64,000 bases of DNA, taken from Roseburia hominis. Its GTDB lineage: Bacteria; Bacillota_I; Bacilli_A; RFN20; CAG-826. Where the stretch lies: contig CAVIFQ010000003.1 of NCBI GenBank assembly GCA_963642055.1, positions 1,205 to 65,204 on the forward strand, read 5' to 3'. This document shows, piece after piece, positions 54,609 through 64,000 of the stretch. The position numbers were made by a program, and so were the translations under genes. The notes beneath the pieces are model-generated. The model was not told the DNA's origin. It did no database searches and worked only from the letters and a program-made list of their open reading frames with translations. How positions within the stretch are numbered: position 1 is the first letter of the stretch; the number at the start of each line of letters is the position of its first letter.

Positions 54609-55688
54609 AGACCTCAAGCTGTCATCGCTTAATAAGAGCATTAAATCATTGGAAGAAGCAATTTTCTTCTCTTTTAAGCAAAAATGGAGAGCGTTGATAA
54701 GAGTGTCGGTCTCATTCGCGCATTTATGATAATCTTCATCGCTTGAGCCGTTATATTCTTCATCGATCAAAATAAGTAGGGCTCTTCTAAGGAGGGAGAG
54801 AATGCTTTTCTCGATCCAATACGATGTCTTCGTTTTCTTAAAAGAGGCAAAGTAGGGCACAAAGCGTAGATAGGAGAATAACCCATCAAAAGGCAAGCGC
54901 CAGATATCGACGAAAGAGTAGGAATAAGAGCCATCTCTCATGGTTTTGGCAAATTCGTAAGCGTCAGCTTCAATGATGTTTATTTTCGATTTGAATTCAA
55001 ATTGAGGAAGGATGAATTTGTTAAATAATTCAATGCAGTTTTTATCTTTTTCGATAATGGTTACCGATTCAACTTCTTTCTTAAGCGATACGCTGAATGG
55101 GTAATAGCCAAGCCCTAAACCAAACGTGATGACTTTTCCTTTTGCTTCTATGATTGAGGCTTTCATCGTGTTGATTTCATGAGGGGTTATGCTCATCCAC
55201 GTTTTCTTATTTTGGATTACCTCGATGTAGCGAAATCTCCTCAAAAAGAACCCCAATTGATTGATTTCTTTGTAATAGTCGTTTTCTTTAACGATTATTT
55301 CATCACTCAGCATTCCTTCAAAAGGAGCGTAAGAGGAAGAGGTTAATTTCCAGCTGCCTAAAGTCGAGGAAGGGAAACGGATACTTTTCCAGTAAGGATC
55401 ATTCTCGTACTCCTTCGGGTCAAGGATACTGATTTTATTGCTCGATTCATCAATGAAATCATAATCGCCTAAATTCATTAAATATTTCTTCGATTCAGAC
55501 AAGAATGAAGCCTTTGGATTACCATACTTTTTGTAAGCTTTTTCGCAACTTGAGAACATCGTCTCGTCGCGTGCTTTTAGATAGATATTGAAAGCATCGG
55601 CGTTTGCCTCATTGCGGTTCATTGTCTCTAGCAATTTATTGATTGCGTTTTCTATTTCGTGGCTATGCGTTATTTTCATCCGCCTCAT
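54582..55688 (-). CDS. spermidine-synthase-like (PABS fold) class I methyltransferase-fold protein with an N-terminal extension
   Basis: 368 aa; KVITFGLGLGYYP...SVTIIEKD...IIEADAYEF...SFVDIWRLP mirrors the SpeE motifs GGGDGG / VEID / DG / D-x-x-D-P; convergent 27-nt overlap with the preceding gene. Confidence 0.5.
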   Translation of the reverse strand: MRRMKITHSHEIENAINKLLETMNRNEANADAFNIYLKARDETMFSSCEKAYKKYGNPKASFLSESKKYLMNLGDYDFIDESSNKISILDPKEYENDPYWKSIRFPSSTLGSWKLTSSSYAPFEGMLSDEIIVKENDYYKEINQLGFFLRRFRYIEVIQNKKTWMSITPHEINTMKASIIEAKGKVITFGLGLGYYPFSVSLKKEVESVTIIEKDKNCIELFNKFILPQFEFKSKINIIEADAYEFAKTMRDGSYSYSFVDIWRLPFDGLFSYLRFVPYFASFKKTKTSYWIEKSILSLLRRALLILIDEEYNGSSDEDYHKCANETDTLINALHFCLKEKKIASSNDLMLLLSDDSLRSLAAQKLIK

Positions 55689-55738
55689 TTTAGAAAGTCA
55701 TGCGCGCCAGTGCACCTTTTTTCGCTTATCATTATCGC

Positions 55739-56150
55739 CATGAGCAGAGATTCGAAGATTATTCTGACGACAATGACCATGGTCTATCGCGATGATGGTA
55801 GCTTTTTGGTCGAAGAGAGAAAGAAAAACGATTGGCCTGGCATCAATTTTCCCGGAGGGCATGTTGAAGACGATGAATCGATTGTCGATTCAGCCAAAAG
55901 AGAAATAAAAGAAGAGACGGGCTTAAATATTTACGATTTGGAAGAAGTTGGCACTTTCGAGTGGAATATCCCTTCCGAGCACGTCCGTCATCTTTGCGTC
56001 TTATATCGCACAAACCATTTCGATGGCGAACTTATTTCAAGCAAAGAAGGCTCGGTATTTTGGATCAAAAAAGATGATTTGTCTCACTACAAGCTGAGCA
56101 CCGACTTCGACAAAGTCCTTGATAAAGCCTCACTGGGGCTTCCTTTTTGA
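55739..56150 (+). CDS. NUDIX hydrolase
   Basis: Nudix box GGHVEDDESIVDSAKREIKEETGL; start uncertain (ATG 55739 or 55772). Confidence 0.75.
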
Positions 56151-56218
56151 ACGAATCTATTCGCGCGCGTGCTCATGTGCCTATGCGCGCGTCACTTTAT
56201 TTATGGTATAGTTAGCCC

Positions 56219-57607
56219 ATGGCAATCGATCAAAAACTTCTCGATATTCAAAAACATACCCACGATAACGAAGTGGAGATTCTTCGTAGCAAGACCTGTT
56301 CTTGCCTTTTTTGCCGGCAGACTTATGATGCGCGCTTAGTCAATGACTGGGCGAATGATGAACGCGGGATGAGCGCGATTTGCCCTGAATGCGGAATGGA
56401 TGCTGTTGTAGGAGATAATGGCGGTGAGCCAATGGACAAAGCTCTTCTCAAAGAGCTCAATTTGGCTTTCTACGGCAATGACTACATGAGCAAAAACCCC
56501 GATGCTGCCTATAAATACGTCAAACGTTATCAAGAAGGGAAAATAACGCATAAAATAGCCAACGAAGCTCTTTATATTCAATATTTGGCTCTGCTTTCCG
56601 AGCAAGGCTACGCGGATGCCTCTTTTTCTCTAGGGCTCTTATATGAATTCGGCGATGAGTTTACCGAAAAAGACCCCAAAACGGCTTTTGGCTACTACGC
56701 TTCTCCGTCCTTGCACGATGATGGCGAGGCGCTCGCGAGAATGGGCATTATGTGCATGAATGGAGCGACTGGGAAAGTCGATGGTCGAGGAGCTTACGAG
56801 GCCTTCGCCAAAGGCGTGGCTTTAGGAAGCCTTAAAGCCTTTATCGGTTTCTCGGATTGCTATATGAACGGAGTGGGGGTGAATGCCGATTCCTCTTTTG
56901 CTTTCGATTTGCTCGCTTCAGTTTGGAATGAGTCGTATCACCGTTTTTCTCTTTCGACGGGAAAAGACGTCAATATTTTCCCGGATTTATGCTACCGCCT
57001 AGGCTTATCGTATGAGTTTGGGATAGGGACAATGAAAGATCTCCCGACGGCTCTTCGTTTTTATCTTCTTTCCGAATTCGCTTATCGCCTCAAAGAGAAT
57101 ATGTCGGATTTATTGGAAGAAGATAAAGAAGCTTTCGCCGATGTCGAGAGAAGAATCGATGAGGCCGCGAAAACATTGAATCTTTCTCGAGGCGATCCGG
57201 CTTTCGACAACGACACTTTCTCCGATTCAGTTCTCTCTTCCGACCCTAATTCCCTCTTTTTGGGGAAAATGACTATCTCTAACCCTGTCTTCAGCAAAGA
57301 GGAAAGCTCCTTCGAGTTCGATATCAAATATTCCTTGCCGCCTTTGATTATCGATATCGGCAATCTCTATTGTGCCTTTATGCCAGGCGCCATCCATTGG
57401 CGGTTCGAGGATGTCTCCGATGTCATCATCGGGAAAAACCGCGTCTTTGACCGCATTGGAGGAGACGCCGAGACCGGATGGAACTTCATCTTTGGGTCAA
57501 ATGAGAATATTGAGCCCGTCGTTTCGGTGATTTTCTTCCAGAGCAAAAACGAGAACGACGATAAAAGCGAAGAAGCAAGCAATAAGAAAGAAGACATAAA
57601 AGCATGA
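56219..57607 (+). CDS. zinc-ribbon plus Sel1-like repeat protein
   Basis: 462 aa; N-terminal CSCLFC...CPECG, then repeats with Sel1-like A-x-x-Y/F...G-x-G/A spacing; overlaps the ABC exporter gene by 4 nt. Confidence 0.55.
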   Translation: MAIDQKLLDIQKHTHDNEVEILRSKTCSCLFCRQTYDARLVNDWANDERGMSAICPECGMDAVVGDNGGEPMDKALLKELNLAFYGNDYMSKNPDAAYKYVKRYQEGKITHKIANEALYIQYLALLSEQGYADASFSLGLLYEFGDEFTEKDPKTAFGYYASPSLHDDGEALARMGIMCMNGATGKVDGRGAYEAFAKGVALGSLKAFIGFSDCYMNGVGVNADSSFAFDLLASVWNESYHRFSLSTGKDVNIFPDLCYRLGLSYEFGIGTMKDLPTALRFYLLSEFAYRLKENMSDLLEEDKEAFADVERRIDEAAKTLNLSRGDPAFDNDTFSDSVLSSDPNSLFLGKMTISNPVFSKEESSFEFDIKYSLPPLIIDIGNLYCAFMPGAIHWRFEDVSDVIIGKNRVFDRIGGDAETGWNFIFGSNENIEPVVSVIFFQSKNENDDKSEEASNKKEDIKA

Positions 57608-59334
57608 AAGAAAAACATACGGCCTTATCGGCCTTAAAGAAATACTCATTCCGTTTTTGGGTTGCCCCCTTTTTGAAACTCATCGAATGCGTCATTGAGC
57701 TAGCCACCCCCTTCATCGTGCGTTTCATCATCGATAAAGGTATCAAAAACGGCGATTTCGATTACGTCCTTAAACTCGGATTGCTGCTCTTCCTACTTTC
57801 TTTCGTGGCTTTCTGCGTCACGATGGTGGCTCAGTATTTCGCCGCGAGAGTATCGGCCGATTATGGGCACGATCTCAAAGAGGAGATATACGAACATATG
57901 TCTTCCCTGAGCGAAAAGCAGCTGAATGAATTTGGGAAACCCAAAGCCCTCACCTTGCTCAGCAATGACTCATTCTCGATGCAAAACGGGGTCATGATGT
58001 TCATGCGCTTATTCCTCCGCCCGCCCTTTTTGATCATCGGGGCGACCATCATTTCCTTTTTGCTCGACTGGAGAGCGGGCCTCATTTTCCTCGGTGTCGT
58101 GATCTTCTCCAGTCTAGTAATCGGCTCAGTCATCATCCTTTCGCCCAAGAAATACGCTCTTGTGCAGGGCAATTTGGACGAAATATCCTCGCTTGGCAGC
58201 GATACGCTTAAGGGGGCTAGACCGATCAGAGCCTTCAACAAAGAGAGCTACGAAGAGGGAAAATTCGTCGACTGCAGCTCCTCTTACCAAAAACGTTCCC
58301 TTTCGATCGCAAGGCTTAATTCTTTCGTCAATCCGCTCACTTTCTTCTTCGTGAACGCCGGGATGATCTTGGTTGTTTATTTAGGAGGAATCACAATCCA
58401 AAGCGGCGAGCTAACGACAGGCAAAATCGTCTCCCTTATCTCATTTTTGACTCTCGTCCTCAATGCTTTAGTGATGTTCTCGAGAATGATCGTGTCCTTA
58501 AACCGCGCGAAAGCGAGCAAAAAAAGAATCGACGCTTTCTTCGCTCTCGAGCCATCAATCGTCAACGACCCAAAAGAAGCGAAGGTCGAAGATGAAGATG
58601 AAAAGCCGTTATGTGAATTCAAGGATGTCTCTTTATCTTATGGTGGCGAAGGAAAAAACGCCGTCTCGCATCTTAATTTCTCGATTTACCCTGGCGATTC
58701 GATAGGCATTATCGGAGGAACGGGCAGCGGCAAGAGCACGCTCGTGGCCCTTTTAGAGAGGCTGTACGATCCTACTGAAGGTCATATTGAATACCGAGGA
58801 AGGGATATCAAGGATTACGATATCGATAAACTCCACCAAGAGATTTCCCTCGTAAGCCAAAAGCCATCTTTATTCAAAGGCACGATAAAGTCGAACTTGC
58901 TCCTTGGCAAGGAAGATGCGAGCGAAGAGGAGATGGTCGTGGCCTTAAAGGATTCTTTGGCCTACGAATACGTCTCCCGATATAAAGATTTCCTCGATCA
59001 TGAAGTTGAGGAAGGCGGCGCCAATCTGAGCGGTGGGCAAAAGCAGCGCCTTCTTATCGCGCGAGCCCTCTTAAAGGGTGGCGATATTCTCATTCTCGAT
59101 GATTCCACAAGCGCCTTGGATTATATCAGCGATAAAAAAGTTCGCGAGAATATCGGGAAGCGGCCCGACTTAACGAAGATAATCATCTCTCAGCGCGCCA
59201 CAACCCTTGCCGATTGCTCGCTTATCCTCGTGATGGATAAGGGCGAGATTGTAAGCAGTGGCAAGCATGAAGAATTGCTCAAAGAATGCCAGATTTACCG
59301 TGATATTTATGAAATGCAGGTGGCAAGCAGATGA
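57604..59334 (+). CDS. ABC exporter, fused permease/ATPase (heterodimer half 1)
   Basis: 576 aa; 6-TM domain then GGTGSGKSTL, LSGGQKQR, ILILDDSTSALD. Confidence 0.85.
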   Translation: MKEKHTALSALKKYSFRFWVAPFLKLIECVIELATPFIVRFIIDKGIKNGDFDYVLKLGLLLFLLSFVAFCVTMVAQYFAARVSADYGHDLKEEIYEHMSSLSEKQLNEFGKPKALTLLSNDSFSMQNGVMMFMRLFLRPPFLIIGATIISFLLDWRAGLIFLGVVIFSSLVIGSVIILSPKKYALVQGNLDEISSLGSDTLKGARPIRAFNKESYEEGKFVDCSSSYQKRSLSIARLNSFVNPLTFFFVNAGMILVVYLGGITIQSGELTTGKIVSLISFLTLVLNALVMFSRMIVSLNRAKASKKRIDAFFALEPSIVNDPKEAKVEDEDEKPLCEFKDVSLSYGGEGKNAVSHLNFSIYPGDSIGIIGGTGSGKSTLVALLERLYDPTEGHIEYRGRDIKDYDIDKLHQEISLVSQKPSLFKGTIKSNLLLGKEDASEEEMVVALKDSLAYEYVSRYKDFLDHEVEEGGANLSGGQKQRLLIARALLKGGDILILDDSTSALDYISDKKVRENIGKRPDLTKIIISQRATTLADCSLILVMDKGEIVSSGKHEELLKECQIYRDIYEMQVASR

Positions 59335-61067
59335 AAAAGTACAGTGCTCTTAAACCATATTTAGCCAAATGCAAAGGCTCTATCGCCTTGGCCTTAATTT
59401 GCGCCCTCATCTCAATCGGCGGGAAGCTTTTCATTCCGCTTGTGGCGGGAAAAGCCGTCAACTACCTCTCGGAATGCGGAGGCAATGTCGATTTCACGAA
59501 GCTCGGACAGTATATCCTCATCATGTCTATCTGCCTGGTGCTTGGGACCGTCTTTAGGTATTTCTTCGATTATTTGACGGCCTACGTAGGTCAACAAATC
59601 ACCAAAAATCTCCGTGACGATGTTTATAGGAGCTATCTCCATTCTTCTGTCTCTTATCTCGACAAGAACGAAAAAGGGAATCTCCTTCTCCGCTTGGTGA
59701 ATGATGTCGAGAATGTGCAAAACGGCCTCGTGAGCGGTGGGGCGGCTTTCTTTGACGGGATCGTCGCCATTGCTCTTACGATCGTTTTCATGTTCACCAT
59801 CAACTGGGCTTTGGCTCTCCTCGTCGTCGGCTTGACGCCGCTTTCGATGCTGGTGAGCAAATTCGTGAGCAAATGGAATTCGAAATATTTCAAGTCGCAA
59901 GCCGCAAGCGCTGGCAAAATCCACGCCTTTGGTCTTGAGTCGCTCAATAACAGCGAGGCTATCTCAACCCTCAATCTCCGTAAGAAGAGAGAAAAAGATT
60001 TTGCCTCTTTGAACGAAGATTTCCGCAACAACGTCTTCAAGGCTTCTTTCGGGGCTTCGCTCATCAATCCTTCAACGCGTTTGGTGAATAACTTCATCAA
60101 TGCCGCAATCATCACAGTCGGCGCCATCTTCATCGTCAAAGACGTTAATCTAGGCATAACCTTCTTGGTGGGCGATTTATCAAGCTTCCTCATTTACGCG
60201 AGCAACTACATGGCTCCCTTCAACGAAATCAGCGATGTCATAAGCGAAATCAGCTACGCCCTCGCTTCCTTTAAGCGCATTGATGAGGCAATTCACGCCG
60301 AAAAAGACGTCAATGATGGCAGAGAAACGCTCACTGGCCCCATTGAAAGCATCAAGACCGAGCATCTTGATTTCTCTTATGATGCGAGTAGAAAAATCAT
60401 CGATGATTTCTCGCTCGACGTCAAAAAAGGTCAAAAGATCGCTTTCGTTGGGCCTACGGGATGCGGCAAAACCACCATCATCAACCTCTTGATGAGATTC
60501 TATGATCCGCAGAAAGGCAATTTTACCGCCAATGGCATCTCAACGATTGATTTAGAGAAGAGCGCTTACCGCTCGCATTTAGGCATGGTGCTGCAGGATA
60601 CTTGGGTATTCTCTGGCACAGTTTACGAGAATATAGCTTATGCCAAACCCGGCGCGAGCCTAGAAGAAGTCAAAGAGGCGGCGAAAAAAGCGCAAGCCCA
60701 CGATTTCATTGAGCGCTTGCCGCAAGGCTATAACACCTTCATCACCGATAGCAGTGGTCTCTCTTTGGGCGAGAAACAGCTTTTGTGCGTAGCGCGCGTC
60801 ATGCTGCTATCTCCGGAAATCGTCATTCTCGATGAAGCCACGAGCAACATCGATATCAGAACGGAAAGTCTTCTCTCGAAGTCTTTCGATGAATTAATGA
60901 AAGGCAAGACGAGCTTTGTGGTGGCTCACCGCTTATCTACCATCAGGAAGAGCGATCTGATTGTCGTTTTGAAAGACGGGAAGATCATCGAAAAAGGAAA
61001 TCACGAATCATTACTAGAGAAAAAAGGCTTCTATTACGAACTATATCAGTCGCAGTTCAGCCATTAA
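59331..61067 (+). CDS. ABC exporter, fused permease/ATPase (heterodimer half 2)
   Basis: 578 aa; 6-TM domain then GPTGCGKTT, degenerate signature LSLGEKQL, VILDEATSNID; overlaps half 1 by 4 nt. Confidence 0.85.
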   Translation: MKKYSALKPYLAKCKGSIALALICALISIGGKLFIPLVAGKAVNYLSECGGNVDFTKLGQYILIMSICLVLGTVFRYFFDYLTAYVGQQITKNLRDDVYRSYLHSSVSYLDKNEKGNLLLRLVNDVENVQNGLVSGGAAFFDGIVAIALTIVFMFTINWALALLVVGLTPLSMLVSKFVSKWNSKYFKSQAASAGKIHAFGLESLNNSEAISTLNLRKKREKDFASLNEDFRNNVFKASFGASLINPSTRLVNNFINAAIITVGAIFIVKDVNLGITFLVGDLSSFLIYASNYMAPFNEISDVISEISYALASFKRIDEAIHAEKDVNDGRETLTGPIESIKTEHLDFSYDASRKIIDDFSLDVKKGQKIAFVGPTGCGKTTIINLLMRFYDPQKGNFTANGISTIDLEKSAYRSHLGMVLQDTWVFSGTVYENIAYAKPGASLEEVKEAAKKAQAHDFIERLPQGYNTFITDSSGLSLGEKQLLCVARVMLLSPEIVILDEATSNIDIRTESLLSKSFDELMKGKTSFVVAHRLSTIRKSDLIVVLKDGKIIEKGNHESLLEKKGFYYELYQSQFSH

Positions 61068-61598
61068 TTAGAGGCGTTTGAAAAGCAGCTGCTGAGGTGT
61101 TTTAGAGAACTCGAAATCCTCTAAATCGACTCTTTTGTAGCCGTTTTTGCGGAGATATTCGATTCCTCGCTCATTAGACGGGTCTAAGGAAGAAAGGAAC
61201 AAAAAGCGGGGAAATTCCCTTTCGATATAGGAAAGCATCTCGCGTCCGACTTTCTTATGGCGGTGGAGCGGATCGACGGATAGATAAGAGAGCACCATAA
61301 CGTCTTCGCTCATCTTCCAATCGGTTTTGCCGATAACTTCCATGAGTTTTCCGCCATTGTGGCTAAGAGGATAAAAATAGGAACTTACGTCTTTTTCGAC
61401 GATCGCTAGAGCAATAACCACTCTTCTTTCGATAGCGAGGTAGCACTTTCCAGTTTCGATAAACGACTTGAGCTGCTCTTGGCTAAAGGAGGGGATGGGA
61501 AAAATAATGCCTTCGTATTTGACACTTCCCTCGACTCTTCGCGTGAGTTTGCCTAGGCTTTCTAAATCATCTTGCCTGGCTTTTCGATAAAGAATCAT
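61068..61598 (-). CDS. GNAT-family N-acetyltransferase
   Basis: 176 aa; GNAT-like core (motif A region HRHKKVGREML). Confidence 0.6.
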   Translation of the reverse strand: MILYRKARQDDLESLGKLTRRVEGSVKYEGIIFPIPSFSQEQLKSFIETGKCYLAIERRVVIALAIVEKDVSSYFYPLSHNGGKLMEVIGKTDWKMSEDVMVLSYLSVDPLHRHKKVGREMLSYIEREFPRFLFLSSLDPSNERGIEYLRKNGYKRVDLEDFEFSKTPQQLLFKRL

Positions 61599-61628
61599 GC
61601 GAATACCATAACACTTTTAGGTATGATT

Positions 61629-62120
61629 ATGCCTATGAAAGAGCGTTCTGAGAAAACGATTTCGCGCGTGATGAGCCGCATCAAAGGCAAGAATACCGGC
61701 ATTGAGCTTGCCTTAAGGAAAGAACTCTATGCTTTAGGAGTTCGATACCGCCATAACACGAGCAAAGTGTACGGACATCCGGATATATCGATCCAAAAAT
61801 ACAAAATCGCCGTCTTCTGCGACAGCGAATTTTGGCATGGGTATAATTTTGAAGAGAACAAGAAGAAACTCCATAAGCACCTTGATTACTGGATTCCGAA
61901 AATCGAGCGCAATATCGCGCGCGACAAAGAAGTGAATGAGGAACTAGAAAAAGAAGGATATACCGTCATCCGCTTCTGGGGGAGCGAGATAAACAAAGAC
62001 CCCAAAAAGTGCGCCGAAGCAGTAGTATTCGCCTTAAGAGAAAAAGGGTGGAGCGAAGCAAAAGAAAACCCGGCCTTATGGAAGCCGGGCGTGAGTCATA
62101 AAAAGAGAGACGAGGATTAG
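61629..62120 (+). CDS. vsr: very-short-patch-repair endonuclease (Vsr)
   Basis: MSRIKGKNTGIELALRKELYALGVRYRHN...HPDISIQKYKIAVFCDSEFWHG closely follows the Vsr consensus; start at ATG 61629 (AGGT 7 nt upstream). Confidence 0.8.
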   Translation: MPMKERSEKTISRVMSRIKGKNTGIELALRKELYALGVRYRHNTSKVYGHPDISIQKYKIAVFCDSEFWHGYNFEENKKKLHKHLDYWIPKIERNIARDKEVNEELEKEGYTVIRFWGSEINKDPKKCAEAVVFALREKGWSEAKENPALWKPGVSHKKRDED

Positions 62121-62617
62121 TCTTCGTCTTTTTTCTTGCCTCTTCCAGCGTAGGCGCCGATTAAGCAAAGCGCTGCAGTGGCGTACATAAAGACCGCATT
62201 GGTGATAAAAGCGGTGCCAAGCGTCAAGGAATTGCTGACTTCCGTGCCCAAATCGCCATTGAAGATGTTGCCGGTATTGGCGGCGATGAATAAGGGTTTG
62301 GCGAACAAAACGATGGTGGCGCCGGCAATACTTATAACGGCCGTAAGCAAATACAAAGGCGAGCGCCCTTTCTCCGGAACGAAGAAGGAAGCAAACGGCA
62401 AGATGATGGCCAAACAGTCGCAGAGGAAAGCGATGAATAAGCCGGTGCAGAAAACCGTATTGCGGCTTTCGTAGCCAAAGATAGTCTCAAAGCCCGTTCC
62501 CCAGACAGGTCCAGCGTCGTCGCCGAAAGCGTCAGCAAAGAGAACGCAGATGCTGATGATGGCAAGCAAACTCGTTATGAGCACGAGTATCGTATTTCCG
62601 TGATTGTTTTTCTTCAT
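62117..62617 (-). CDS. hypothetical membrane protein (4 TM)
   Basis: 166 aa; hydrophobic; 4-nt convergent overlap with vsr. Confidence 0.5.
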   Translation of the reverse strand: MKKNNHGNTILVLITSLLAIISICVLFADAFGDDAGPVWGTGFETIFGYESRNTVFCTGLFIAFLCDCLAIILPFASFFVPEKGRSPLYLLTAVISIAGATIVLFAKPLFIAANTGNIFNGDLGTEVSNSLTLGTAFITNAVFMYATAALCLIGAYAGRGKKKDED

Positions 62618-62779
62618 ATCAAAGTCAAGTCCTTACGTTTCATAACTATACCCTTGAAGAAATGCTGGGGCAACACACTTTTACAAAGTAAAACCAGTGA
62701 AATTGGCTCTTTCAAGCACTTGCCTTATTCGAGTCATCGTTAAAGCTCTTAGAGCACGAATGATTGAGCGAGCTTTCGC

Positions 62780-64000
62780 TTATTTCTTCGTTTGCCTTTC
62801 CTTAAGGATTTCGCAGATTTTGTATCCTCCATCGTAATGGCCCTCATTTTTGAGTTTTTCGATGCGTTTGATCATAAATCTCAATAAATCGCTATCCTCG
62901 ATGATGCATTTAAGCTCATGCTCAATCGATTTCTCGTCCGGGCATTCTTTAAAGGCATCGCCCATCTCTCTTCCGTATATTCCGCCATAGACTTCGTGCC
63001 CGCCGATATGGCGCATGAAGAGTTTCGGGACCGGATAATAGACGAGCTCACTTGGTTTGGTGATCAATAAATCGGTGACTCTCATCAAAAGATTGGTCGA
63101 GTAGACGGCTTCAAAGATGTCTTTATTGCAGAAGCAGTAGATGCCGCTGGCTTCTCCATCCCTTATCTCATCGACGAAAGAGAGGAACTTGCCATATTCA
63201 TCGAAGTAATTGGTCGATTCGAAACCCTTGACTTTGCTTTTGACGATTTCGTAAACGTCTTTGTGGTCGCCGAAATTCATGAACAAGGACACTTTTCCGC
63301 TCTTTACGTAAGGGAGGAGGAACTTCACCATCGAGACGAAGAGGTCACTTCCTGCGCCAGCCCCTCCGACGCTCAAAAGGATGCGGAGCGGTTTCTTCTC
63401 GTTGAGTCTCTTCAGTCGGCGTTTATTGTCTTCTTCGAGATTCACCAAAAATTCATGATCGACGTAGCAGCCAACGTATTTGATATCTTCGTCCTTCATT
63501 CCGTGCAGCTCTTTTTTCGAGAAACCGTCGAGCGTTTTATAGCCGTAATAAGTGAATGGGGTTTGGACGGCATGGATCGCCCCTTCCGATAAATGAAGAG
63601 CCATGGGCCAGTTATCGGGGATGGCATTGCAGACATTGCTCATGCCAGCGTGAATGGCGCCTTGTGAAGGCCAAACGTGGGTGGCGATATAAGGGATATC
63701 TTTCGGGATATTCCGGAAAATCGGCACCAAAAGCTCAGCGTTTTTCTGGTCTTTGGCGTTGTATTCGATTTTCTTGAAACCCTCGCTGTTGAGCGGTTCC
63801 CAGATCAATCGATTGAATAGTTTGGATTTTTGGGAGATGCGGCTAGCGAGCGAATACATGTCGTTCTGTTTTCTGATCATTTTGCTGCCAGTGGCATCAA
63901 AAGAAGCAAGATCAAGCCAATACGGGGTGTAGCCCATGGCTTTCGCGCAGCTCGCTAGAGCGATCGAGATTCGATAATGCCCGAAACCCATCCTGATATT
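62780..64000 (-). CDS. MGDG-synthase/UgtP-like glycosyltransferase (diacylglycerol glycosyltransferase family), probably truncated at the window edge
   Basis: GT28-type C-terminal domain; the N-terminal GFGH motif sits only 9 nt from the window end, so the true start probably lies outside. Confidence 0.5.
   Translation of the reverse strand, partial: NIRMGFGHYRISIALASCAKAMGYTPYWLDLASFDATGSKMIRKQNDMYSLASRISQKSKLFNRLIWEPLNSEGFKKIEYNAKDQKNAELLVPIFRNIPKDIPYIATHVWPSQGAIHAGMSNVCNAIPDNWPMALHLSEGAIHAVQTPFTYYGYKTLDGFSKKELHGMKDEDIKYVGCYVDHEFLVNLEEDNKRRLKRLNEKKPLRILLSVGGAGAGSDLFVSMVKFLLPYVKSGKVSLFMNFGDHKDVYEIVKSKVKGFESTNYFDEYGKFLSFVDEIRDGEASGIYCFCNKDIFEAVYSTNLLMRVTDLLITKPSELVYYPVPKLFMRHIGGHEVYGGIYGREMGDAFKECPDEKSIEHELKCIIEDSDLLRFMIKRIEKLKNEGHYDGGYKICEILKERQTKK

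Overview
This 64 kb window looks like chromosome from a moderate-GC Bacillota (Firmicutes)-type bacterium. The evidence is an RNA polymerase delta subunit (RpoE) with an acidic tail, ylbF-rsmD-coaD and pepF/CYTH neighbourhoods as in Bacillus, a short-type Pgi, a class I FBA and RNase J. A finer taxonomic guess such as Erysipelotrichia would be speculation. Most of the window is densely packed housekeeping genes on both strands: ispF-argS, rpoE, pepF, fda, M32 carboxypeptidase, pgi, ispD, mgtE, metK, hpf, addBA, rnj, def, coaD, a heterodimeric ABC exporter and a MacB-type ABC pair. There are six tRNA genes: a five-tRNA operon (Val-Tyr-Gln-Lys-Leu(TAA)) with a recognisable sigma-A promoter and terminator, and a lone tRNA-Leu(GAG) downstream of mgtE. 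I found no CRISPR array, transposase, integrase or prophage signature. The one accessory-looking block is about 46.6-55.7 kb. It holds a continuous 1954-aa ORF encoding an SF1 (Upf1/DNA2-like) helicase with an N-terminal DUF4011-like region, a Vsr/DUF559-like endonuclease fold and a DUF3320-like tail; that architecture matches the single-gene helicase+Vsr (Hhe-type) anti-phage class. The block also includes an unknown 168-aa acidic ORF 3 nt downstream and a divergently transcribed 495-aa repeat/zinc-ribbon protein. A separate orphan vsr gene with no dcm lies at 61.6 kb. Candidate cis-regulatory RNAs are a structured element with a long-range closing helix at about 9.09-9.24 kb, a structured roughly 200-nt leader upstream of mgtE, and a terminator-type attenuator hairpin upstream of metK that lacks SAM-I motifs. 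Where gene starts are uncertain this is stated in the evidence field.
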